From positions 1-60,216 of IMG/VR virus record IMGVR_UViG_3300026077_000003: DNA of 60,216 nucleotides. One strand, given 5' to 3'. Positions 47,862 to 56,927 of the stretch are shown here, one piece after another. The stretch's first letter is position 1. Every line of letters begins with the position of its first letter. This DNA comes from a virus. Lineage: Duplodnaviria; Caudoviricetes. Under the pieces are notes generated by a model. That model saw nothing but the letters and a program-made list of their open reading frames with translations. It had not been told where the DNA came from and did no database searches. Both the position numbers and the translations under genes were made by a program.

Positions 47862-48565
47862 TGGATGTATTAAACCTACCATTTTTAAACCCCAGTGTAT
47901 TCCAGACAAATGATAAACCAAGAGTTTGGGAGGGAGTATTAAAGAATCCTGAGCAATATTGCACATGGGATGATGTAACCAAGTGCATGAATAACCCATG
48001 GCATTTTAGGTGCTGCTTACTTAATACTGATGGACGTAGACTAGATCTCAATGAGAAGTTTGAGGTGTGGTATGAGGATAAGTTTCCATTAAAGGAGGAA
48101 CTATTCCATGGTATTAATGAAGGACTGACATTTACTATAGAACAGTATGGTCATTATAATAAGGCAGTAGATAATTTATTAGAGAATATAGAGACAAGGT
48201 ACGATTGTAATTGTGATGCACATATATTTGGTAACGCTTTACCTAATGGTATATCATTTGGTGCACACTGGGATCTACCACCTAATTTTATATGTCAGTT
48301 AGAAGGAGAGACACACTGGCAAGTATATAAAGAGAGGTGTAGTGCATTGGTTAAGATGGATGATAATCCATACAGTCCTGATAATAATAATCACCAACTC
48401 ACAGTTGATTTAGATGTGGTATTAAAACCAGGTGATGTTATGTACTTCCCTGCAAGAACATATCATAAACCATTTCCAGGTGGTAAAAGATTAAGTATGA
48501 GCATACCATGTTCATACCCTCGTGATGTACTAAGTGATAGGAGACAATATGAAATCCGTTTTTGA
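47861..48565 (+). CDS. JmjC/Cupin_4 oxygenase (YcfD/ROX-like)
   Basis: SFGAHWD..NFICQLEG...WQVY, LKPGDVMYFP...YH; TAATG-coupled start. Confidence 0.88.
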   Translation: MDVLNLPFLNPSVFQTNDKPRVWEGVLKNPEQYCTWDDVTKCMNNPWHFRCCLLNTDGRRLDLNEKFEVWYEDKFPLKEELFHGINEGLTFTIEQYGHYNKAVDNLLENIETRYDCNCDAHIFGNALPNGISFGAHWDLPPNFICQLEGETHWQVYKERCSALVKMDDNPYSPDNNNHQLTVDLDVVLKPGDVMYFPARTYHKPFPGGKRLSMSIPCSYPRDVLSDRRQYEIRF

Positions 48566-49076
48566 TACACTACCAGAACCTATAGTTAATCAACTAGAAG
48601 GTCTTACTAAGAACCCACGGTTCCCATGGTATTGGTTAGATGATACTACATACATGACATCAGACCATGATGGTTTAAAGGCACATTCATTCTCTCATCA
48701 ATTAATAGATGAGTATGAACCTGTTAGTGAACAGACAGGACTATTTGAGAGTGCATTGCATTGCATTGCAGATAAATGTGATGCAAGAGTATCAGACATA
48801 TATCGTGTACGATTAGGATTGTGCTATCCTGATGGTATGCTACATCATGCACCACATACAGATTATGATTTCGATCATACTACTGCATTATATTATGTTA
48901 ACGAAGCAGATGGTGACACATTCTTCTTTGATAATGATAATAATATTATTCATAGAGAGACACCACTCAAAGGTAAGATGATAGTATTTGATGGTAAAGA
49001 TATACATGCTTCATCATCACCTACACAGGGTATTAGGATTGCAATGAATGTCAATTTTAAACTACGAATTTCTTGA
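48549..49076 (+). CDS. Fe(II)/2OG oxygenase (HxD)
   Basis: FPWY, PHTD, ALYYVN..DGDT.F, FDG..HASS, RIAMN. Confidence 0.85.
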   Translation: MKSVFDTLPEPIVNQLEGLTKNPRFPWYWLDDTTYMTSDHDGLKAHSFSHQLIDEYEPVSEQTGLFESALHCIADKCDARVSDIYRVRLGLCYPDGMLHHAPHTDYDFDHTTALYYVNEADGDTFFFDNDNNIIHRETPLKGKMIVFDGKDIHASSSPTQGIRIAMNVNFKLRIS

Positions 49077-49749
49077 CCCTGAGGTCTACAAATATAATGA
49101 TGAACCTAGAGTATGGCACAATGCTGTAGGGCAGATCGTTACATGGGAGGATGCAGAAAATGCCCTAAATGCCCCATGGAATTACATCACTACAGTATTA
49201 GGTGATGATGGTAAGAGACTAGATTTAGAGACAGTAGAGGAACCATGGTTCTTTAAAGGTATATACAAGAAGAGAGATCTATTTCAGTACGCAAAGGATG
49301 GATGGACAGTAAATATATCACAGTATGGTCATGGTAATGATAGGGTAGAAGAACTATTAACTGAGTTAGAGAATAGATTTGATGGGTGTGCTGACTGTGG
49401 TATCTTTATGAACTTGGGTACGAGACCAGAAGCGAGATCCTTTCATCCACATTGGGATCATGGTCCAACATATATTATGCAGATGGATGGTGAGACTAGA
49501 TGGGTAGTGTATGAGAATAGAGTATCAGCATTGATACCTAGTACAGAGGAGAATCCTTATGTACCAAGTCAGGAAGAACTGACAATACAACTAGACACTG
49601 TACTTACAGCAGGAGATGTACTATACTTACCCCAGAGGAAATTCCACAAAGCATATCCATCTAAAAAGAGACTCTCATTATCAGTACCAATTTGGTGTCC
49701 AAAGAGGTGTGAGTGCAGTGATCGGAATTCGTATCGTTTAAATCTCTAA
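49048..49749 (+). CDS. JmjC/Cupin_4 oxygenase, paralog of 47861-48565
   Basis: SFHPHWD..YIMQMDG...WVVY, LTAGDVLYLP...FH. Confidence 0.88.
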   Translation: MSILNYEFLDPEVYKYNDEPRVWHNAVGQIVTWEDAENALNAPWNYITTVLGDDGKRLDLETVEEPWFFKGIYKKRDLFQYAKDGWTVNISQYGHGNDRVEELLTELENRFDGCADCGIFMNLGTRPEARSFHPHWDHGPTYIMQMDGETRWVVYENRVSALIPSTEENPYVPSQEELTIQLDTVLTAGDVLYLPQRKFHKAYPSKKRLSLSVPIWCPKRCECSDRNSYRLNL

Positions 49750-49778
49750 ATACTATTAACGTCACTTGTGGGGGAAAC

Positions 49779-49961
49779 ATGACATCAATAGCAGTAGAGT
49801 GTTTAACTCTACAGCAGAAGCATAAAGAAACATTAACTAAGGCACTTTTCCTATTACAGAAAGAGTGGTATAATAAACTGGGTCAACTACCAGATGAACA
49901 ACGTGAATTGATTGATGAAATTGCGTCCGCCTTACATCTCAAGCATGAGAATAGAGGATAA
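49779..49961 (+). CDS. Small hypothetical protein
   Basis: 60 aa; CTAAATA 49746-49752 and GGGGGA SD upstream. Confidence 0.65.
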   Translation: MTSIAVECLTLQQKHKETLTKALFLLQKEWYNKLGQLPDEQRELIDEIASALHLKHENRG

Positions 49962-50436
49962 CTTCCTCGCTCAAGATAAATGGAAAGAACTCCATGATTA
50001 TATGACATCATGGGAGTTTCCATGGTTTATGCAAACAACATTAACTCATGGTAATGATGACTTAGAAGCGTTTGGATTTAACCATTGGTTAACTGCTGAG
50101 GAACACCCATTATTTGCTCACCTTGTCACCGAGATGCAATCTGCCCTATCTGCCCGTAATGTGTTACGGGTACGAGCAGACATGACATTACTTAATCCTA
50201 ATAAGTATAGACATGGATGGCATACTGACAGTAAGGAGGAGCATACAGTCTGCATATATTATGTAAATGAAAGTGATGGTAATACATTACTTAAGGATCC
50301 AGTTGAGGGTCATGGTTATATGCAAGTAGAACCAAAAGCGAACAGACTATTGGTATTTGATGGCAGTATAGAACATACTGGTCACTCACCAAGTGAACAC
50401 AAACAGAGGATTTTAATCAATGCAAACTTCTGTTAA
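49945..50436 (+). CDS. Fe(II)/2OG oxygenase (HxD)
   Basis: FPWF, WHTD, IYYVNESDG.T, FDG..EHTG, RILIN. Confidence 0.85.
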   Translation: MRIEDNFLAQDKWKELHDYMTSWEFPWFMQTTLTHGNDDLEAFGFNHWLTAEEHPLFAHLVTEMQSALSARNVLRVRADMTLLNPNKYRHGWHTDSKEEHTVCIYYVNESDGNTLLKDPVEGHGYMQVEPKANRLLVFDGSIEHTGHSPSEHKQRILINANFC

Positions 50437-51025
50437 ACCTGAGATTCTCCCACTATTCTCATCACCAGTATATGTGTGTGAGGATAAGACTATGCCTAAT
50501 GTCATTAGTGCTATTGAGGGATGGGAGTATCATAAAGCACCCCAACAAGGTAGTCAGACATTCGAAATGAATGTTTTAACTAAACTACCTGCACTTAGGG
50601 AGTGGTTAAACTTTCATGTAGAAGAATATGTATGGAATGTGTTAGGAATTGATAGAAGATGCCATGAAATAGTATATACTTGCTCATGGATTAACAGACA
50701 CAAATTCCAAGAGAAAACACATGAACATTCCCACCGTAACAGCATGTATAGTGGGATTTGTTATTTACAAACACATGAAAGATGTGGTGATCTGGTCTTT
50801 AGGGATCAATCATATAATATGGTATCACCACGCATAGTTCATGGTAACCTATACAATAGTAAGCAATGGACAATACAACCTAAGGATGGCATGGTGGTGA
50901 TGTTCCCTAGTTCTATGGTGCATCTAGTCACACCTAACCAGATAATGCGAGAGAGATACTCACTAGCATTTAATATCTTTCTTAAGGGTGATTTTGGTAA
51001 CCCTACTTCATTCTTAAAATTATGA
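50420..51025 (+). CDS. Fe(II)/2OG oxygenase, TIGR02466-like (HxH)
   Basis: SWIN..EHSHRNS.YSG..Y, FPSSMVHLV, RYSLAFN. Confidence 0.9.
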   Translation: MQTSVKPEILPLFSSPVYVCEDKTMPNVISAIEGWEYHKAPQQGSQTFEMNVLTKLPALREWLNFHVEEYVWNVLGIDRRCHEIVYTCSWINRHKFQEKTHEHSHRNSMYSGICYLQTHERCGDLVFRDQSYNMVSPRIVHGNLYNSKQWTIQPKDGMVVMFPSSMVHLVTPNQIMRERYSLAFNIFLKGDFGNPTSFLKL

Positions 51026-51369
51026 GTACACCTATTTTTCTATCGGAGTCTGTAAGATTGGAACTAAGAAACATACTCAAGTCACTTGAGGTTGGAATGA
51101 GAGTCAGGACACCTGACAATGAGGATGGTTACATAGACTTCATTTGTGACCAATATATTACTGTAGTCACCCATGAGTGGGAGGATAAGGATAAATTAAA
51201 TGGTAAGAGACAAGTCAAGGTGTTGGTATATGCTGCTGACTGGGAGAATATGTACTTAGAGGACACCCACTTCTATAATAAAAAGAATTATACAGGATAT
51301 ATTCGTGAACATCCTGGAAATGAGGATTTGCCAAAAGACATTACTGGCAAGGATCCAGAGAATAAATAA
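51022..51369 (+). CDS. Hypothetical protein (small beta-rich)
   Basis: G.IDFICDQYITV..V.VY...W. Confidence 0.7.
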   Translation: MSTPIFLSESVRLELRNILKSLEVGMRVRTPDNEDGYIDFICDQYITVVTHEWEDKDKLNGKRQVKVLVYAADWENMYLEDTHFYNKKNYTGYIREHPGNEDLPKDITGKDPENK

Positions 51370-51389
51370 TTACTTAATAAGGGACTATT

Positions 51390-51554
51390 ATGTGGAACAT
51401 CAATTTAAAACCTGTTTGCAAGTTCGCTACTAAGGTTAAGGAGTGGGATAAGGCACTAGCAAAGAAGATACAAGACAAGTATAACTTGACTGACTATCAG
51501 ATGTTATGCCTAGCATTTGGTAAGGGATTTATTATTGGTGCTATACTATTATGA
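51390..51554 (+). CDS. Small membrane-anchored protein (MWNINLKP...GFIIGAILL)
   Basis: 54 aa; ATAAATA 51362-51368 and AAGGGA SD upstream. Confidence 0.7.
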   Translation: MWNINLKPVCKFATKVKEWDKALAKKIQDKYNLTDYQMLCLAFGKGFIIGAILL

Positions 51555-51739
51555 TGCAATTTAATGAGAAGGACGTTAACCGCATGATTAGAGCATGTGA
51601 GTACTATGAGCATTGGGTATGTGGCAATCATCCTACTGGTTATATGAAGGAAGAATACAGTCACCTACTAAAGAAACTACATAACTATGAGTCTGAAATA
51701 GATTGTCCAGATTGCAAGTGCTGTGCGATCCACTCATAG
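51551..51739 (+). CDS. Small Cys-rich hypothetical protein
   Basis: 62 aa ending CPDCKCC. Confidence 0.65.
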   Translation: MMQFNEKDVNRMIRACEYYEHWVCGNHPTGYMKEEYSHLLKKLHNYESEIDCPDCKCCAIHS

Positions 51740-51784
51740 AAGTGGCACACACCCTGTTGCAAGTGGTTGACTACATGGTATTCT
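51730..51784 (+). promoter_or_regulatory. Early promoter with upstream inverted-repeat motif
   Basis: ccact..aagtggcac, TTGCAA-N16-TATTCT with TG extension. Confidence 0.65.
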
Positions 51785-51790
51785 ATTAAT

Positions 51791-51911
51791 GGGAAACAAA
51801 GCGGTTCCCCTCTAGTCCGACAAAGATGCCGATCCCATAAGCAACTCGGATCCCAGAAGCGGACACATGACCGAGGGGGTAAAATGCACAGACAGACCGT
51901 TTTTGTTTCTC
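51791..51911 (+). ncRNA. Putative structured RNA (~120 nt)
   Basis: Closing stem gggaaacaaagcggt/accgtttttgtttctc; inner cccctc/gagggg, gtccg/cggac, gatcc/ggatc; begins at predicted +1. Confidence 0.65.
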
Positions 51912-51936
51912 TCGTCAATATCTGCCATTAAACTAA

Positions 51937-52203
51937 ATGCCAACTGCAACACCTCGCAAAAGAAGGACACGCAAGACAACACCTGCAAAACCTAAAGTCG
52001 AGGTCATTAAAGTGACAGAACCAAAAGCAACATCAGTGAGACCTAGCACTCTTCTCAAATCCACTGATTATATCAATGATATTAAAGTGAGACTTGAGAT
52101 TCATAATTACGAAGTAAATGCACTCGTAAATGATATTAAATGGGGTTACAGCAAAGTTAAAGACTATGTTGTCACCACATATAAGAAAGAGTTTGCTAAG
52201 TAA
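51937..52203 (+). CDS. Hypothetical protein with basic N-tail
   Basis: MPTATPRKRRTRK..; Y..D.K.R.EIH.YE. Confidence 0.75.
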   Translation: MPTATPRKRRTRKTTPAKPKVEVIKVTEPKATSVRPSTLLKSTDYINDIKVRLEIHNYEVNALVNDIKWGYSKVKDYVVTTYKKEFAK

Positions 52204-52259
52204 ACCACTATCCAAACTGTCCACAAGCACCCAATAAGGGTGCTTTTTATTTGTATAAT
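52201..52259 (+). promoter_or_regulatory. Early promoter motif overlapped by terminator hairpin
   Basis: aactgtccac, TATAAT 52254-52259; hairpin aagcaccc/gggtgctt plus T tract at 52225-52250. Confidence 0.65.
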
Positions 52260-52301
52260 GTATAGGTAGGCAAGTCCTACACAAATCTTATTATTGATTA
52301 A

Positions 52302-53498
52302 GTGACCAATTCTTTGAGACCACATCAAGAGCGAGCATTGGAAGCAATGACTACGCAAGATAAAGGTCAAATCATAGTGCCTACTGGTGGAGGCAAAACA
52401 TTTATAATGATACAGGATACTATCAACCAGTTCCAAAGTAGTATCCCTAAAACTATTGTAGTAGTAGCACCTCGCATATTATTATCTCAACAGTTATGTG
52501 CTGATTTTATGTCACATATAGATGCTGATGTGTTACATGTACATAGTGGCAAGAGTAAATATCTTAATACTACAAAACCTGAGGAGATTATACAATGGGT
52601 TGATGATAGTGTTAAGCATAGAATAATATTCACAACATATCATTCACTTCATAGAATAGTGACTGATGTTGATACAATATATTTTGATGAAGCACACAAT
52701 AGTGTAGCAAGATCATTCTTTAATGCAACTCAGTATTTCGCTAATAAGAATGTATCTAATCGCTGCTACTACATGACAGCGACACCTAGGGTGTCTAGGA
52801 AGCACGAGAGGGGCATGAATAATGCTGAGGTATATGGTAACATCATCTGTAATGTACAGGCAACAGAATTGATTGAGAGTGGAACTATACTACCACCTAC
52901 CATAGTACCATTTAATACTGAGAAACCTGCACAAGATAGTATAATAGACATTATTGATAATGCTTATGATGATGGTGTGCTTAAGGTATTAGTATCAGTA
53001 CCTAGTTCTAAAGTATTAGGTAAGATGTTGGGTCAATCATCATTGTTAGAGGAATTAAAAGAGAGAGACATTAATGTATTACATGTAACAAGTAAGTTTG
53101 GTGCATACGTTAATGATAAGAAAGTATCTCGTAACGAGTTCCTAACAACATTGCATGAGTGGTCAAAAGATGATACAATATCCTTTATATGCTTTCATTA
53201 TAGTATTCTTTCAGAGGGTATAAATGTAAGTGGATTGACTCATACTATTATGATGAGATATCTGTCAGTTGTAGAAATGGCACAAACCATAGGTAGAGTC
53301 ATTAGATTAGATGCTGACGATAGAGCAAGAATTAATAGTGGTGAGTTAGCACCTATGAATTGGTCACTATATAATAAACCAACAGGTTATGTTACAGTAC
53401 CAGTTCATCCTAAGACAAAGCACATAGTCAAGAGATTACAGAAAGTAGTTGATGCTATTTTTGTTGAGGGTAAACCACCAGTTTCATTAGTGAGTTAG
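52302..53498 (+). CDS. Superfamily 2 DEAH helicase (ResIII-like)
   Basis: LRPHQ, PTGGGKT, FDEAH, TATP, LSEGIN, QTIGRVIR. Confidence 0.9.
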   Translation: MTNSLRPHQERALEAMTTQDKGQIIVPTGGGKTFIMIQDTINQFQSSIPKTIVVVAPRILLSQQLCADFMSHIDADVLHVHSGKSKYLNTTKPEEIIQWVDDSVKHRIIFTTYHSLHRIVTDVDTIYFDEAHNSVARSFFNATQYFANKNVSNRCYYMTATPRVSRKHERGMNNAEVYGNIICNVQATELIESGTILPPTIVPFNTEKPAQDSIIDIIDNAYDDGVLKVLVSVPSSKVLGKMLGQSSLLEELKERDINVLHVTSKFGAYVNDKKVSRNEFLTTLHEWSKDDTISFICFHYSILSEGINVSGLTHTIMMRYLSVVEMAQTIGRVIRLDADDRARINSGELAPMNWSLYNKPTGYVTVPVHPKTKHIVKRLQKVVDAIFVEGKPPVSLVS

Positions 53499-53499
53499 T

Positions 53500-54135
53500 A
53501 TGGGAGACATTAAGGCACTATTTCCAGGATTTTATTATCATGGTGAAGTGCCTAGTCACGAATACCTTAAGAAACTATTTCTTAGTGAATTAAGTGATGC
53601 ACAATTAAATAGTCCATCTGATTGGAATTGTAAACTATCATCTAGTTTTGATAGTAGCACAAATCTAACAGACTTTTCATGGAATGTATTTGAGAAGGCA
53701 ATACAAGATAATATAATGAATATGCACATGAAATTAGGTGGTAAACCTGAGCATAGAATAGTTATGTTTGAGTCATGGATAAATGTATATAATCAGGGAG
53801 ATATGCAAGATGTACATACTCACTCAGGTGGGGATGATTGTACATTTAGTTGTGCATATTTTCTTGACTATATACCTGAGGAGGATGCTAATTTTATATT
53901 TTATTATCCCGATCAGAATATACATATAGGGAACTTCAGTAAGTATTATCCAGTTAATACAACTTGGTTCCCTGAGGTTAAAGAAGGGGATATAATTATA
54001 TTCCCTGCTTATCAACATCATCAAGTGAGTATGCAACAATCTAAACACAAACGTATCACAATATCTGCTAACTTTAAAGTTAGAGGTGATGATTACACAC
54101 CAACACAAAATGAATTAGTGAGGGAATTAGCATGA
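53500..54135 (+). CDS. Fe(II)/2OG oxygenase, TIGR02466-like (HxH)
   Basis: SWINVY..QDVHTH..FSCAYF, FPAYQHHQV, RITISAN. Confidence 0.88.
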   Translation: MGDIKALFPGFYYHGEVPSHEYLKKLFLSELSDAQLNSPSDWNCKLSSSFDSSTNLTDFSWNVFEKAIQDNIMNMHMKLGGKPEHRIVMFESWINVYNQGDMQDVHTHSGGDDCTFSCAYFLDYIPEEDANFIFYYPDQNIHIGNFSKYYPVNTTWFPEVKEGDIIIFPAYQHHQVSMQQSKHKRITISANFKVRGDDYTPTQNELVRELA

Positions 54136-54698
54136 CATATAATATAGAAGGTGTCAACGTAATTGATGGATACTTTCCTGATTGGATTGTAGATGATGTT
54201 GCCAACTGGTTAACAGATTATTGTCCTATGTACTATAATAACGCACCTTATGGTGATGCTAGTAGTAGTAGATTTTGGGGTAATACTGTTATTAGAAATG
54301 ATGATTTTACAGATACATCACCATACTATTGGTTCTTTAGTTACCTATGTGAATGTGTAAAGAAAGATATATGCAAAGATAAACCCATATCACATATTCA
54401 TAGGTTATTAGTTAATGCTCAATCACCTGATATGCAAAGTGAATTCCATGATGATAGGCACATACCTGCAACAAGTGTTATATATCACGCATTTGGTGAA
54501 AGTGGTGATACTGAATTCGCTAGTGGTGATAGGGTTAGATTTAGACAAGGTAGATTAATAGTATTTGATAGTAAGATCAAGCACAAGGGGAATCCACCTT
54601 ATGTGCATGATAAAATGAGAATATCATTAGGAGTAATTGCAGATCATGTACCTAAGGACAGTTCTGCAACTATCACACAACAGGGAGTAATTTTCTAA
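54132..54698 (+). CDS. Fe(II)/2OG oxygenase (HxD)
   Basis: FHDD, GDTEF, GRLIVFDS..KHKG.PP, RISL. Confidence 0.82.
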   Translation: MTYNIEGVNVIDGYFPDWIVDDVANWLTDYCPMYYNNAPYGDASSSRFWGNTVIRNDDFTDTSPYYWFFSYLCECVKKDICKDKPISHIHRLLVNAQSPDMQSEFHDDRHIPATSVIYHAFGESGDTEFASGDRVRFRQGRLIVFDSKIKHKGNPPYVHDKMRISLGVIADHVPKDSSATITQQGVIF

Positions 54699-54911
54699 AT
54701 GGATGGTAAGATAGATGTCTCAACAAAAGAGTGTTATACACTCGTTAAAGCAAAACAGCATGTTGAGCAGTTGATGTCACTAACCAGTAAACTCGAAAGA
54801 TCAACTTATATTACAAAGTTGCTCAATCAGTTACATAAAGAGTTAGAATATCAGCATGAGGTTCGAAAGAACCCCAATCTAGTCAAGATAAATGATTCTT
54901 GGTTAGACTAA
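54699..54911 (+). CDS. Hypothetical protein
   Basis: 70 aa in operon. Confidence 0.65.
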   Translation: MDGKIDVSTKECYTLVKAKQHVEQLMSLTSKLERSTYITKLLNQLHKELEYQHEVRKNPNLVKINDSWLD

Positions 54912-54942
54912 ATACAAACAAATCACTTTAGTCTCGGAGGAG

Positions 54943-56091
54943 ATGATGACAACTAAAAAGACCAAAAAAGGTGCAGGATCAACAACAGATCACTACATCC
55001 AAGATGCTGCTGAAATATATCTTGCAGCAGAATTACAAAAGCAAGCAGAGAATAATGAGGTTGCGATCTCAAACTGTGCTGCTACTCAGGAAGAGGAGTG
55101 GATCACATACTGCACAGAACGTGGAGTATTATCTAAATTCTTATCATCTAAGTATAAAACAAATGTTGATAAGACAGTACATAAACTATTACCTGAGTTT
55201 ATTAAAACATATCCTAACAGGAAGTTTTACTTTACATGTGTAGATGCTGAGTTCAGAAACAAGAATCTAAAAGGTGATCTATTAATCACATTTGATGATT
55301 GTTCACAAGTTTCAGTATCAGTTAAGAACTACAAAAATGGTTTTGATTCTATACAAGTATGCTCAGGAACATTTAACTCAACACTAAACAATTTCTTATT
55401 TGATAATACTAACTGTTCTCCAGGAATGTATAAAGATAGTAGAGGTAATAAGTTTAAAGGTAGTAAGAGAGAATTAAGAGATGAATTAGTTACTGAAATT
55501 GCACCACAATTAATAGGTTACTATCATCAATTAGATGCAATCAATGATGCAGTTCGCAATTTCTATATTAATAGCGATCAAGCAGAGCATTGGGACAATG
55601 TTAAGGATCAATGGCAGTCAGATTGCAAAACAATAGGTACACAAGTTGCTGCTACTATTACTGAAGCAGTTAACCAGATTGACAACAAATTAGTATTAAA
55701 TAGACTACTAAAAGCAACTGGTATTGTATCTGATGAGCATCTATTGTGCATAGGTAAAGGTAACTATCTATTCTCAGTTACAGATGAGAAGTATGCTGCA
55801 TTACAGTTAAGACTAAGAAATGCAACTCATGTAGTTACAACAAATAGAGGACAATCAGTTTTCTATGATATATGTGATGATAACGGTACTATCTTGACTA
55901 TTAATCAACCTTGCACACTTCAGAAAAATGGTGCATGGCACGCATTAAATGAAGATAGATTTGATGGATTAAGAGAGAAGAAAGATAAAGGTAAGAAAGT
56001 ATTACTTGCATGGGGTCAGAGAAGACCTGCAAAGAGCAAGGAACTTGCTACCAGTACCAACACATACCTTAGACTAAGGGAAGCGGTTTAA
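54943..56091 (+). CDS. Putative PD-(D/E)XK restriction-like endonuclease
   Basis: AAEIY helix Glu; KGDLLITF...VSVSVKNY (D...SxK); CTAAATA 54908-54914 and GGAGGA SD. Confidence 0.5.
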   Translation: MMTTKKTKKGAGSTTDHYIQDAAEIYLAAELQKQAENNEVAISNCAATQEEEWITYCTERGVLSKFLSSKYKTNVDKTVHKLLPEFIKTYPNRKFYFTCVDAEFRNKNLKGDLLITFDDCSQVSVSVKNYKNGFDSIQVCSGTFNSTLNNFLFDNTNCSPGMYKDSRGNKFKGSKRELRDELVTEIAPQLIGYYHQLDAINDAVRNFYINSDQAEHWDNVKDQWQSDCKTIGTQVAATITEAVNQIDNKLVLNRLLKATGIVSDEHLLCIGKGNYLFSVTDEKYAALQLRLRNATHVVTTNRGQSVFYDICDDNGTILTINQPCTLQKNGAWHALNEDRFDGLREKKDKGKKVLLAWGQRRPAKSKELATSTNTYLRLREAV

Positions 56092-56660
56092 TGAGGAATA
56101 CATACGATTTATTCCCTATTAAATACCACCATGTACACATCCGTAACCATTCGGATGTGTTTGGTAAATTATATGATAGTGCTAAACATTTATTAAACTC
56201 ATCTAAAGGTAAATGGAATTGTGATACACAAACCACATTCTTTGATGAAAATGATATTGTAGCACCTGATGAATTAGGTGAAATGTTATCACCTTACCTA
56301 TATCAATATTTTCCACCTGAGGTGAATATTAATATAGTTAACAGTTGGATAAATGTATATGATAAAGGTAATTGGCAAGAACCACATCATCACATAGTAT
56401 TTCCTGAGTTCATCAATTTTAGTGGTGTGATATTCATTAACTATGATCCTGAGAATGATGCTAAATTCTATTTTGAGAATATGAACTTAGATCATACTAT
56501 CTCAGGTTACACCCATATAATGAAACAAGATCCAATTTTAGAACCACCAGTACGTCAGGGTGATATGATAGTATTTCCATCATTCATACGTCATGGAGTA
56601 CACCTACAAAAGAATGATTCTAAGCGAACCACATTATCATTTAATTTGGACGTTAGGTAG
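56091..56660 (+). CDS. Fe(II)/2OG oxygenase, TIGR02466-like (HxH)
   Basis: SWINVY..QEPHHH..FSGVIF, FPSFIRHGV, RTTLSFN. Confidence 0.88.
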   Translation: MRNTYDLFPIKYHHVHIRNHSDVFGKLYDSAKHLLNSSKGKWNCDTQTTFFDENDIVAPDELGEMLSPYLYQYFPPEVNINIVNSWINVYDKGNWQEPHHHIVFPEFINFSGVIFINYDPENDAKFYFENMNLDHTISGYTHIMKQDPILEPPVRQGDMIVFPSFIRHGVHLQKNDSKRTTLSFNLDVR

Positions 56661-56716
56661 GACACTTAATGAACCTGCACATCACATGATGAATTACCAT
56701 GGTGATGTACTATAAT
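56660..56716 (+). promoter_or_regulatory. Early promoter with upstream motif
   Basis: ggacactt..aacctgcac-N30-TATAAT. Confidence 0.7.
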
Positions 56717-56741
56717 TAGTATGTAAACAAGAGAACAACTC

Positions 56742-56927
56742 ATGGACAGACAACCACTAATCGATTCTATGGGTGATGCACTTCTCAAATCTATCACTAA
56801 GTCTGTATCAAATGATGAGTTAGAAAATGCTCATGCACTTTATACTGAATGGGTAGTTGATGGTGTTGATCCTGAGGATAATGATTATGAGTTCCTATTA
56901 TTAAATGATCTCTCAGAAATCCAATGA
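56742..56927 (+). CDS. Early hypothetical protein
   Basis: 61 aa; ALYTEWVVDGVDP. Confidence 0.7.
   Translation: MDRQPLIDSMGDALLKSITKSVSNDELENAHALYTEWVVDGVDPEDNDYEFLLLNDLSEIQ

Noticed and set aside
46565-51025. Non-heme Fe halogenases among the oxygenases
   Set aside because: None shows the HxA/HxG ligand pattern; all are HxH or HxD
51791-51911. tRNA or hammerhead ribozyme
   Set aside because: No TTC(G/A)A T-loop or cloverleaf, and no CTGAnGA hammerhead core
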